Made by a program: the position numbers and the translations under genes. DNA of 63,877 nt, the filler included, from Choristocarpus tenellus KU-1152 (Eukaryota > Protista > Phaeophyceae), in NCBI GenBank assembly GCA_964200185.2. It is 14 parts of 14 records of this genome, joined end to end, with 100 filler letters (N's around TTAATTAATTAA, not from the genome) between each part and the next. Parts side by side here need not be neighbours in the genome. Positions count along the whole stretch, not along the records: positions 8,059 to 13,633 come from CAXNAD020010372.1; positions 13,734 to 18,924 come from CAXNAD020011562.1; positions 19,025 to 23,372 come from CAXNAD020014987.1; positions 23,473 to 33,629 come from CAXNAD020003115.1; 10 more parts are not named here. One strand, 5' to 3'. A model generated the notes under the pieces. The model searched no databases. It had not been told where the DNA came from and saw nothing but the letters and a program-made list of their open reading frames with translations. The number at the start of each line of letters is the position of its first letter. The stretch's first letter is position 1. Positions 12,101 through 24,448 of the stretch are shown in pieces.

Positions 12101-13431
12101 TTCGGCCACAATTTCGTATGCATCCAGAAAAGGAGCACAACATGCAGCCAGCTCTATCAGCCGTTCAGCAGAACTAGGACCTCGAGTTGGAACTCTGAGG
12201 CACAGGTATACAAATTGAAAAAAGATGGAGATACAACCTTCCTTTTAACAAAGATCCTGTACTAGTATCCATATCATGAGTCCTTTCTCTGTTTCTATAG
12301 TGTCTGATGTAGTACATTGTAGCATTCCTGTATATATCAGTTTCTTGGCAATTCAAGTGGGAATTAATTATCTAGTGTGATGTAACTGCAAACAGGCAAT
12401 AGTGATGTGGAACTACGGTTGGAAAGGAGGGTGAAGTATGAGGCTATGTTCATGGAAAATTGTGGTTTCATGGTCGTTGGAGGAGAAGGGGTAGACGTGG
12501 GGTAGGAGGGTTAACCCTTCAGAAAAAATGAACTACACGCACTGCAATAAGTTGAAATTCCGCAGGAGAAATGTCATCTAGTATCTATTGAAAGGAGCTC
12601 TTTGTGGAAGAGGTTCAAATATTTCCTTTTGCAATACTCAAGATAGATAGAACTGATATGCATAGTAATATATTTGCCGGGCTCACCAATGGACCTTGCA
12701 CTCAAATCTTCCATATTTTCACTCAACCAGCAACAGCCCACTGGTTGATACTCATGGAATTGCAAAATACGAACACACACCAATCAGCTCTCCTCTTTCC
12801 CCTCACACCTTATGACGGACAATGCTTGTGACAGCTTCAGAAGAGTAGCATCAAATGCACAGGCCACTGCCATCGCCATCCCAATACGCCTCCTCCTCCT
12901 CCAATTTCCCGCTGTAGAGTCACCTCCAGAGTTGTCTCCACATCCAAGTCCCTTCCCCAAAGCCCCATCCTCAGTAGTATTCTCAAACCTGCCAATGCCA
13001 TATCCATTGTAGAAACCCTTCTCCCTGTCATCCCTCGAAGAATCAACCCCTTGTGACAGTCCCCACCCTACCCTCACTCCTCCAATACCTCTTCCTCTTC
13101 CATCCCCCCCCTCCCCCCCAACTCTCTCTCTCTCTCCTTCCCCCAATACCTTCCCTCTTCTGCTCCCACTATTGCTCTGCACCTGTTGATGTAAAGGATT
13201 AACCTCAATTTGTCCACTAGGCCCCACCTCCCGTCCACTTCCCCTCCTCTGCTGTTCAGATCCAACCGCTGTCCCCCTCACCATTTTTTCATCCCTCCAG
13301 ATCCCTGGCCCTAAAGGTGTTGACGACAGTTGCAATGCTGCTGCTTGCACTACTATCGATGTTAAGACCTCCAGAACATTTTGGCAAATATGAAAACCCC
13401 CAGAGCATCTCTGTCCTCTTGCTACTGCTAT
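9190..13431 (-). CDS. Internal exons of a spliced hypothetical gene
   Basis: Phase-compatible GT-AG exons at ~13431-12809, 12173-12070 (SAERLIELAACCAPFLDAYEIVAETVLDALYNSA), ~11074-10957, ~10287-10244 and from ~9969. No recognisable domain. Outer limits uncertain. Confidence 0.55.
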
Positions 13432-13733
13432 GTGCATCAAGTACAGCAGTCATGGCCAGCAAAAAAACAAAAACAGATTGGGAGTAGAGGTGCATGTTGC
13501 AGACATATACAGAAGGGTCGAAGTATCTGGGGGGGGGGGGGGGGGGGGGGGGGGGGGTGGGAGGGGGGTTCCGGTTGGGGCAAAGAACTTTTTTTTTTGG
13601 GGGATTTTAAAACTGAGACAGGGGGAACAAAACNNNNNNNNNNNNNNNNNNNNNNNNNNNNNNNNNNNNNNNNNNNNTTAATTAATTAANNNNNNNNNNN
13701 NNNNNNNNNNNNNNNNNNNNNNNNNNNNNNNNN

Positions 13734-15314
13734 CCTCTTCCTCCCCCTCCTCTCCCTGAGTCCCCCCCCCCCCCCTTCGCCTCTTGGAACTGGTAGTCCC
13801 TCCCCCCCCCTTCCCTTCCTTGTTTACCATGCCCATCATGGTCCGCATCTCTATGGGAAGCTGGTCGTCATCACTGTAGTCACTATTTGCTTCCTGAATT
13901 AGGGTTAGGGTTTGAGGCTTAGAGTCAGTATTTTTGCTTCCAGATCAACTTCACAGATGATCGACCTATCACACATTCGTACCATGCTATAAAAATGTCA
14001 AAAATAAATTATTTTTGTCATTTGTGTCATTTTTATTTACAAAAAAGAAGCTACACATTTTTAAATCGAGGAATTGTCATACCCCTCACTCCCAAAAACA
14101 GGTACGCAATCCAATCCAATAACAATAATAGTAGTAACAATTCATCCCCACTTCAAAAATAAATATAAAAAATAAAACGCCCGAGTTCATCCAACACCGC
14201 ATCCCAAATTTTAAAAAAATCTTTTTTTTTAATATAGAATATACATTTTCCCCATCGCACCTCAAGCTATATTGTACACACACCTCCTCAAGCAATTCCA
14301 ATTCACACAGGAATAAATCAAAACAAACACCCAAGTTCTACTCACTTGAAAAAAAAAATCAAAACAAAACAAAACAAATCGTATGTAGTATGTAAGTATA
14401 AGTACCCCTTCTCCTCGAGCGGGGCCAGATAAATGCCTTCGCTACCACCTACCAACTCCTCAGCTCTCCTTTTTCGACTGGCGATGCGAGCAGTCGTCGA
14501 CTCCGTCTTGGCCCCATTTCCAAGCGCTTTGTTGTTGGCCCTATCTCTCAGCTGGGGCGAGAACCTGAAGTCCATGCTCTTGGACAACCTTCAATGCATC
14601 ATCAACACACATTGCATTGCAGGCGCAAGCCACCACTACACTATTTCAATGCAGTAAGTACAAGAGCTGTACTTGCACATATACATGTATGTATGTATGT
14701 ATATACCCCCCCCCCAAAAATAAATAAATAAATGAGGACAACTAGGTCAATTGAGAATACTACAAAAAACAAAAATCAAGGATGGTCTTTCACTGAGTGT
14801 AGGATAAACAGAGAGACTGGGCCACTGCCAACATGTACCTCGAGTTATAGCTGCTGTTTCTGTGAAAAGGCCTGTCAAAATAATGCCACCTTACACTGAG
14901 AGACCCAGGTGTCCACCCAAAATAAAATAAGATACATGTAAATATATTGATGTACGGATCTTGACTGACATTTAATGTACTTTATTTTCCTCTGCTTGGC
15001 CTAACTTTCAGTAGTTCAAACGGATGAAAAATACTGCATTGTGAAGGCATTTCTTGCAGGATTGTACCAGGAGATAATTCGTTAGGTAGACTTACTCAGA
15101 CATCAATGAGACTTTAGGATAGGGTTAGGGTTAGTTTATTCAAGACCCCCACAAGAAAAAACCTCATCTTTACCATAAATATACATTATGCTCGCTTACG
15201 TGGCTCTGTCTGGCTCTGGTGAAGGTGTGGTGAGATCAAGGGGATTGACCTTGACAATGTACCTGCCTTTGACCATCTTTTCAAACGCCTCCTCCACCTC
15301 TCCTTCTGTTGCCA
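13734..15314 (-). CDS. Three internal exons of a spliced gene, weak resemblance to RNA polymerase III subunit RPC3
   Basis: Exons 15314-15200 (ATEGEVEEAFEKMVKGRYIVKVNPLD..), 14588-14453 and 13893-13734 splice in phase with GT/AG. The family guess rests only on EVEEAFEKMVKGRYIVKV. Confidence 0.5.
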
Positions 15315-17112
15315 CTGCTCAATCAATCAACAATAACAATCGGGTTTGGTATCACTAGGCAGGCATTGTCTTTCCAGCACAATGGAGGCCACACTGAGAT
15401 CAATAATAACAAAAAATAAGATCGAGTGGGGTAGTTAGAGGACGCAGTGCCAACAACAAGTACAAGAGTTATTTGACCAATAGAAAGATTAGTGCATTTA
15501 CTCTCAGCCAATGAGATGAGTGCAATTGTGATTCACATCTGACCTTGCCCTCATCACCACTGTCCTGGTAGTACACAACAGACCAGTGAAAAACATATAT
15601 ATATATATATATTGTGCTAATATCATGTCCTTCATCTCTCTCCATCTCCCTGTCAGTGTTTCAAACCTTACAATTTAGTATACGCCTTCTCTGCTGGCAT
15701 CAATCTGAAGTCAATGGTACCACAAAATACCTATACACAGCACTTCAAAAGTTACAAAGATCTTAGATAAGAGTACACAAGGTCTAATCTACTGGTACTA
15801 ACTACATAGGAGTACATCGCAGGCGTGTATAAAGCACTCAAACATTTCAATATATATATATCGCCTCATCCCCATGACACAAATAACTAATACACTGGCG
15901 CCACACATTGGCTGACAGTACTACCATAGAACCACTGGCACAGTACTCTTGAACCTACAACAAGGAACACATCGAGGGTACCAAAGTGCAAAGAGATCGG
16001 GTCCTATGACAAAACAGTGCCAACTAGAGAGCCTGAAATAAACTGTTCTACTTAATCACCGGCATTAACAAAACAAGCGTACACGGCATGTTAGAGGAAA
16101 TGCACCATTATCATTATCAATCCCTGCAGGTAGAGAACGCAATGGAGTGCATGGTTAGTGTCAGATGGCCTTCGACAGCACAACCAACACCACATCTCCC
16201 AAAACAATCAGAACAATTGACATAGCTAGAAGCTCAAAATGAAAATATCGATCTAGTACAAATAGACTTAAGCTTAGAAGCTAAAACTTATCTAGCTTAT
16301 AAATATAAAGTAGCAAATAGAGATAAACTACTAAAGAAAAGCTAAAAAGAGCTAACCCTAAATGCACTAAGCTAATATTCAAAAAAAGCCATTTTATGAA
16401 TTTGAAGCTCTTTTTCAATTGGCTACTTTCTCGTGCGTTATACACGCAGTTCGACACGCAATTCTAACATTAAAAAAAAAGCAACAAAAAGTGTCGAGCT
16501 TCACTCAAACCACATACAACATTCCCTTTACAGATAATCGACAAAAAAAATCACAGATACAACATTACAATATATATATATATATGTTCACTTTTTCAGA
16601 TAAAATAGTAAAGAAATAATTACATCAGTTTTGCTACAAATATGAAGGGATCGTCTCATGTACTGTACCTCAAATTAGGTCAAAATTCTCAATCCAACAA
16701 ACACTTCAAACATTTTACTTACTTTCAATGCTCTTACACATCTCCTCTTGTTGGGCAAGAATTTCTCACTCACTCCCCCCCACCTACACTCATGGACTGT
16801 CATATATTCAATTACTATCCAAACCCCCCACCCCTACATCCTCGACCAAGCGCCTTCCCAAGTTGGAACAGGATACACTCACATACTCCACACTCTTGTA
16901 AGCCACGCTCCACAACTTCCTCCTTGATCTGCATGCATAAAACACACAGACACCAGGTACACAAAACGCAAACGGGCATGTAAGATAGTAGGAATTGTAG
17001 AGTAAAAAAAATATTACAAAAATACCGACAGAAACACGCAAAAAAGAGAATATCAACAGACAGAAACACACACAAAAGAGAAACACCAACAGGCAGAAGA
17101 AAAAAACACAAA

Positions 17113-17358
17113 AATACCAACAGACATACAAGAGAGACGAGAACATACCAACGGACTTAACTACCGACAGGAATACCAACAGACATACAAGAGAGACGAG
17201 AACATACCAACGGACTTAACTACCGACAGGAATACCAACAGACATACAAGAGAGACGAGAACATACCAACGGACTTAACTACCGACAGGGATACCAACAG
17301 ACATACAAGAGAGACGAGAACATACCAACGGACTTAACTACCGACAGGAATACCAACA
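17113..17358 (+). repeat. 59-bp minisatellite, 4 near-perfect copies plus a partial
   Basis: AATACCAACAGACATACAAGAGAGACGAGAACATACCAACGGACTTAACTACCGACAGG at 17113, 17172, 17231 and 17290. One substitution seen. Confidence 0.95.
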
Positions 17359-17659
17359 ACACAAGACAGTCAGTAAGAATACAACTGAAGCCTTCAAGAG
17401 GATATGATGATAGCAGAACTGCTGAGACAGACAAATCATATCAAGAAGACACGATCAAGAAGCACTTGGTAGTTGAAGGTAAGGGGAGACAGACTATCAA
17501 CATAACTCTAGCCCCAAGGGGATTGAATTATCCAGGTCACAGGGTCTTGTATTACCATCTATTCTGAGGGTAAAAAATGGTAAGCTGATTACTCTACTCA
17601 CATGCGCCATCGCCGCCAATAAAAGATGTACTACAATGTACTACAATATCATTAATAAT

Positions 17660-18360
17660 AGCTTATTTTTACTATACCGTCAATACTACAATATCATTAA
17701 TAATGACTTATTTTTACTACTGTAACAATAGTAACCAATATTAACTACTATACCATCAATAGCAACCAATTCTTACCATTATACCATCAATGCTAACCTA
17801 TTTTCATCACTATAACATCAATAGTAACCAATGTTTACAACTATACCATCAATAGCAACCAATTCTTACTACTATATTATTAATAGTAAACATTTATTAC
17901 TACTATTCCATCACTAGTTACCAGTGTTTACTACTTTAACATCAATATAAACTGATTTTAACTACTATACAATCACTTGTACCCAATATTTACTACTATA
18001 TCAACATTAACCAATTTTAACTACTATACTATCAATAGTTACCAATTCTTACCACTATACTATCAATATCAACAATTTTTACTACAATACCACCAATAAT
18101 AACCATTTTCTACCATTATACCATTAATAGCAATTGGGTTTTCCTACTGTATCATCAATAGTAACCAATTCTTACCACTATAACATTAATATTAACCAAT
18201 TATTACTACTGTACCATTAATAGTAACCAATTTTTACTACTATACCATCAATAGTAACCAATTTTTACTACTATACCTTCAATAATAACCATTTTTTACA
18301 ACAGTAGCATCAGTAGTTACCAATTTTTACTACAACACCATCAATGGTAACCAGTTTTTA
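17660..18360 (+). repeat. Degenerate ~31-bp AT-rich tandem array, about 22 copies
   Basis: Consensus about ACTATACCATCAATAGTAACCAATTTTTACT. Confidence 0.9.
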
Positions 18361-19024
18361 CCTCAAGTTGTACATTTTTATTTTTTAATCAATCTCAACA
18401 ATCTGTCTAAAAAAAAAGATCGTATGTACTCCAGAAAATCAAAAGAGCCAGCGTTTTGTCGCATGTACAGACGCACTCTCCATGATTCGCTCTTAAAAAT
18501 AAAATATATAATCATGTATGTATATATGCTTATGTACGCATTCCTCACTGTGCTCAGCACTTTGATTCAATAATACAATGAAACAAATAATTTCAAAGTT
18601 GACAAATTAAAAAAGAAAACAGTTTAGATCGCCTAATAAAGCTCTCTCTCTCAAAGAAATCCATTTTTTTTTTTAACAGACCACATCCTAAGCAAGTGTT
18701 TTCTTAGAAAATCCTCCAGGTCATGGAAGGAACGCCATACACTGTTTTGGGTACAAATGTCCTTCCAATACACTGCAGCACCGCAACAAGTCTCACATTT
18801 TTTTTTTTTAATTCTTCATTATTTTTTTGTTCACATTTTGGGCGAGCCAGTGGTGGGCACTGGGAGGGGGGGGGGGGGGGGGGAAGGGGACGGGGGGGGT
18901 GTTTGGTGGGAAAGGCTTTTTTTTNNNNNNNNNNNNNNNNNNNNNNNNNNNNNNNNNNNNNNNNNNNNTTAATTAATTAANNNNNNNNNNNNNNNNNNNN
19001 NNNNNNNNNNNNNNNNNNNNNNNN

Positions 19025-19199
19025 TTGATATGTGGGGGGGGGGGGGGGGGGGGGCTGTCCATTTGGGGTCAATTTTTATGTCGCGATTTCTGGGTGATTT
19101 GGTTGCATATGTCGGAAGGATAATGTAAATGCACTTTTCCTGATTTTGGACCAAATGGACACCTTGGTGTAGACCCCTCCCCCCCAAATACTTTGAGTC
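19025..19199 (+). mobile_element. MITE family 2, nearly complete copy
   Basis: G-tract-GCTGTCCATTTGGGGTCAA ... CCAAATGGACACCTTGGTGTAGA-C-tract-AAATACTTTGAGTC. Confidence 0.8.
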
Positions 19200-19312
19200 T
19201 TTACCTACTCCGAAACATTTTGGAGTAGGAAAAAGTAATATAAAAACAGGGGAAGCCAAGCCCCAAATGGACAAACAGGGCAAAACTCGTACCCTCTAAG
19301 ATACTTTCACTC
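19200..19312 (+). mobile_element. 3' part of a MITE family 1 copy, directly abutting the family 2 copy
   Basis: Matches ~3135-3250, including the internal hairpin CCTACTCCGAAA/TTTTGGAGTAGG and TIR TACCCTCTAAGATACTTTCACTC. Confidence 0.85.
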
Positions 19313-19399
19313 ATCAAGCAATGAAATATAGCGTATTGCACAGAGTAAGAAAGACGGCTTAGAGTGAAAAAGAGTCTAAAATTGCCTACCTCTCAATTG

Positions 19400-22300
19400 G
19401 TTTGGCTCAAATGTAAGCTGTAATGATTTTGATGACATATTGTGATGGAAGTGTACTAGATGTGCCTCCCCATCTCCCTTCTATTGCCAACAACCTAAAT
19501 GTAGAGGATGCTTCAGCAATTACATTATTTGCAAAGGCGGCACGCATATAACTCTAAACTCTTCATATTTCCATAGGCACGCAACCAGTGTTCGTCAAGA
19601 GAAGAAAAGCATTAATGACACATTATTATTACTCTTCCTGCATTGAATGCGCGGATATCTTGCCTTTTCAGATAGTGGGAGGTAGACCCACACCCATTGC
19701 CCTAACAAAGAATACGTACACATACGACTCTGAACAAAGTGCTATATTTTGTACAAGTACAGCATATGCCCAGTAATCTCACTTTCAATCTGTAGGAGTT
19801 TTACGCACATAAAGTGACATGACCAATACTATTGAGAATAATAGCAGATTTGCGACTCTTGATCATGGGTTAAACTTTGGGATACATCTTATCCACACAA
19901 TGGGTTAGGAAAATTGCTAATGTAAAACTTCCTTCCTTGGTGATGGTGACGTGCCGGATCATGTGTGAGTGAGTTAAACTCTAGGCAGGTGCTAGAACAC
20001 TTAAAGTGTTCATGGTGGACGTGCAAAGGATTCTTAGAGCATATGGTGACACAAAAGGACACATGGTCCATGCAACACAACTTTTCTCAGTTGTGTGTAT
20101 GGCAATAAAAGGACCTTGTAGTGTGAACAAGGACCATGTCGAAGACTTGGACAAGAAGGTTCCAAACCCAGTCTTGAAATATAGTTTTATAAGTATGTGG
20201 GTATTTGATAGCGCAAGGAGAATTATGACCATTCTATGGTGATATATAGCTCTCCCAGAGTCCCTAATACTCTTAGTAATAGTCCTCCTAGAACGGTGAG
20301 CACCACTAGCGCTCTTGGGACCAGTTAGCGTGCTATGTATTAATGCTGCTTCGAACCGCGTTGTAGATCCTTGATGTCGAGTGCAGATAATGATAACCCC
20401 CAGGAGTCTCTAAACTTCCACATTTCCCATGGTACTTACTATTAAGAGGTCAAAACAGCAGTAACACCTTGAAGAATTGTAAACACGTTATTTCATGCAT
20501 GTTGCCTTGATATAGTATCCTGGTCCTCGATCCCAGTGATAAAGCCACTTCAATTTTTCCGTACTTGCAATGATATGGAGACAATGCTGATCCTTGTACC
20601 CTACTACAGCCAAACATACTCATCAATTTTCAAGCTGCTGTGATCTGTAGAACTGACAAATCAGTGGCCCGTACTGCAGTATCCAGGCCAAACATGACAT
20701 GACCAGGGTGAACTCATGACAATACTTGATAGATGTTAATAGGATATTTATACCAATCCGTTTTCATAACATCAGTTGATAAGATATGTAGAGTAATTGG
20801 TTTTAAGCCTCGCTGACGCAGCCAAACAGTCTCAATAATACACAATTGAAGTTTTACGCTGTTGGCCCAAAGAGCGAAAGGAATAGTTGGTTGCCATACT
20901 CAAAGGGGAGATCCCCTGGGAATAGACCTTTGGTTCAAAAAGGGTATTGGGCAATGCAGCTATGCCTGAGTGTGTCACGTGCTCGTTTGAGCATGCCCAC
21001 ACAAGAGTGAAAATGCTAGCCAAGCAGGCATGGAGAATTATCTGTTGCATTTCCCTTGGACGAGCTCTGTCCATTTTTGGTATGGTATTGCAGTACTCTT
21101 CACCAAATAATCTCATCTCTTTCGATTGCCCCTTCCCTGTCCTCAGCTGCCATCCTGTGATTAAAACAATCAACTGGGTCAGAGATTTTATCATGGTGGT
21201 AAAAACAGAAAAAGCACTACGAAGAAAAACAGGAAATGATACTTGGGGGAAGTGGTAAATGCAAGGTGAATACCTGGGGAGGACTGCAATTGGAAGGATG
21301 AGTGGTAGGTGGTGTCTCCATCGACACCAGCCAGGCAAAGACTACTGCAAGAAGTGTTCTATCAAGATTGTTGGTGGGGTGTCATGATGGCAAAGGAAAC
21401 CTCTCACAGTGCAATGGATTCACCTAGTAATGCATTGTGTACTCGCTTATTGTCATCACTGTCCTGGCAACCACCGTTTTTCCACCACGGAAATCGCCAA
21501 TTTTGCACAATTTTTGGCAGTTACGGGAAAACCCTTCACCACTTCTGAGTTATACGCCAGTACTGCATGTAGAACCAATAATGCATAGGCAGGATTTCAT
21601 GTATGTAGGCACGGTGGTCAAGAATAGCTGTTGTTGGTACACATACTCACCGAGCATCTGCACAATAGGGTCGGTGCATACGTTGTCATGCCCACATATG
21701 GCTAAATTGTAGTAATCCAACCCAAGATTGGCATATTGCAAGAGTTCATGCCTCTAGAGCGTCCAGGCACTACTTTTATTCACCATACTTCAGTTCTATT
21801 AGCCTTGCCTAATGATTACATTATTTTCATGTGGACCTGTCAAAATGGTACCTTACATATTAAAGAAATATGCATCTGCAATAGAATCCACCATGGGCGC
21901 TGCTTTGGGTGGTGGTGTACTATCTGGAATAAGTCGCATCGACACAGAGACTCGATCCCCCTTTTTTCTGTAATAGAACAATAGAAGGGGAACACTTGAA
22001 GAGACTTGAGATCATTCCTCCATGTCGTTTCTCTCATTCATTATTGTACCTCAAAAAATGTACACGATTGCATGGTGACCTCCCTTAATTGAGGTGGGAT
22101 AATATTTGAGCATTGCAGATACTAAAGGGTTAGTAAAGGTTGCAGAAATGATGGCATCCACTTAAAGCACCACAGTGCAACAAGTACCCTTTTTAGGGCT
22201 GGCCTCAACGTTCATATTTGAGGACAGATGCCTGTCCCTCTGTCTCATTTCAACATCTATGATAAACTTCGCGGTAAAACTGCCTGCTATACTTTCAGGG
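19400..22300 (-). mobile_element. Heavily decayed Ty1/copia-like pol remnant
   Basis: Degenerate motifs in copia order on the minus strand: EPKVYSQ (EPK.Y.EA), KDLQRGSKQ (LYGLKQ-like), SKNP..VH..HFK, and TAYI*AKPI (ADI.TKPL-like). Many stops and frameshifts. Confidence 0.4.
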
Positions 22301-22782
22301 ATGGTTGAACTGGTGCACATGGATTCCAATCTGTTATTTTCCCCCCCCCCTGCATCACATCATACCTTCCTACCCGCAAAGGTACAGTGTCCTCTCCATA
22401 ACAAAAATTATGCTAGCACCTATTTGTCAATAGTTGTTCACAATTTGTTTTGTTCATCTCATAAGAGTGATTTGTTGCTTCAGCCGTATACACACATACA
22501 CAGGATTTTCTTGCTCTATTGACTTGAGCATCGCCAGGGTTAGGGTTAGGGGATGCAGTTTTTTACTCGGAACAAACCTCCCTGACTGCAGCCTGGTATC
22601 CGCCTTGTGCATTAATGTAACTTTGTTCTACTCCCTACTGTTTCTCATTACACTTTGTAGCACCCTACTGTACTGTAGTATAGAAGACACACATTCAATT
22701 GCTATGAACTGCTTGTGGACTACGGTTGGAGATGACTATGGAGCAAGGTCAGACGGCATTATGAAGTTGGGCACAGAAAGAT

Positions 22783-23046
22783 GAGTGAAAGTATCTTATT
22801 AAGAGAGGGTATGGGTTTTGCCCTGTTTATCCATTTGGGGCTTGGCTTCCCTTGGGGGTTTTATGACATTTTCCTACTTCAAAATGTTTCGGAGTAGGTA
22901 AAACGTGTAAGTTATGAAAAGGTGAACCCGGAACAAGGGTATTGACACTTCCCAACAAACAAGATAGCCAAAATTACATCAGAATCGCAACATTGGATTT
23001 TGGCCCCCAAATGGACGCGGCTCTACCCTCTAAGATACTTCGGCTC
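22783..23046 (-). mobile_element. MITE family 1, complete copy
   Basis: Reverse-complement match to 2992-3250, ends GAGTGAAAGTATC / GATACTTCGGCTC, 4-bp TSD AGAT (22779-22782 and 23047-23050). Confidence 0.88.
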
Positions 23047-24448
23047 AGATCAAATATTGAGCAATTTCTCCCAGTTGGTGGTGCATGTCTCGTCTCACAA
23101 GGGGACCTACAGTAACTAGAAGTGTAGCAATATTAATACAGTTGTATGCACCCTATTAACAGCCTATCATCTCACTCATCTGACTCTTCAGCTTATCCTC
23201 CACAACTCAAGAACGATACCTGAGCTTCAAGATTGTCAATGCCCAGGTTAATGTTAAGTCAAGTCAATGGTTGTTCTCCCTATTCTGTCTCTGAAAAAAT
23301 ACTGTAGGTAGTACAATAAATACTGTAGGTAGTACAATGAACATGTGCAGGGTGTCAAAGTATCTGGGGGGGNNNNNNNNNNNNNNNNNNNNNNNNNNNN
23401 NNNNNNNNNNNNNNNNTTAATTAATTAANNNNNNNNNNNNNNNNNNNNNNNNNNNNNNNNNNNNNNNNNNNNGGTTGGCTTGTTGGGTTCACAGCTGTCC
23501 ATTTGGGTGATGGATGGGTCGAGTAAGGAATGTAGGTAGATTTTGTTGACAAACGCGGCATGAAAAATGTATGATACTGCTTGTATATTGATATCTGTCG
23601 GTTTGGGTATCATGGGAAACAGGGTGTGTGATTTAGAGTCGTTAAATCGTTGATTACTTAGGGTTAGGAACAACGTGACCGATTAACAACAAACCGATGA
23701 CACTATGTTGAAACCCTTAATGTTATACATTGTGACACCATGAAGGAAACAGGCTGTTGATGAGAGCATGCCTACTTTCGTAGGTATGTAAAAGCTCAAT
23801 GGAAGAGAAGGATGTCACAGTTTGGGTCAAATGTTGTATGTTCCAGAGGTCCAACGCACAGCGACACAGGCTTGATAAAAGTTGCAATGTCTATGTGAAA
23901 TTTTGTGGAACACTCGGAAAAGTCTTTGACGATTAAAAATGAGGCTGAATCGCATACTTGTTAGCTGTAGTGTTTAGGCCAAGTTTCGAACGTGTGTTAT
24001 AGTGCACGCGTATGGTATGTGTAAATTATGGACTATCAGTCTTATTTTATTATTATGCCCTCTGACATTTTGCAGAAGTGTCAGGGGGAAATTATCAGTC
24101 TTATCCTTTTACTACCAAAGCTCCCCATAACAGTGTGTGGAAAACACAGCCGTGATTTGGGGTGTTCACCTTCACGGTATGACGAGAACCATATGTCGTG
24201 CTAGGTATTTGTTTTTGTTAAAAATTGTCAACCTCGCTTTGATACAGAAAAAGAGTTGAGAGGGTGGGAATATGTTTTCCGCGGCGTAAAGTAATATATT
24301 TATGAGGAGGTGTGTGCTTTGGTTCCAATATAAAATTGAAAACTCGAATATGGAACCAAAGCTGATTCACTATTTTGTAAGAGAAGGACACTTTGGACTT
24401 GATCAAGTCGAATGATCTGAATCCAGGATAACGTTTCCATGCGTTTAC

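Noticed and set aside
17113-18360. CRISPR-like arrays
   Set aside because: Both arrays are head-to-tail tandem repeats with no unique spacers and no cas genes, in a eukaryotic context.
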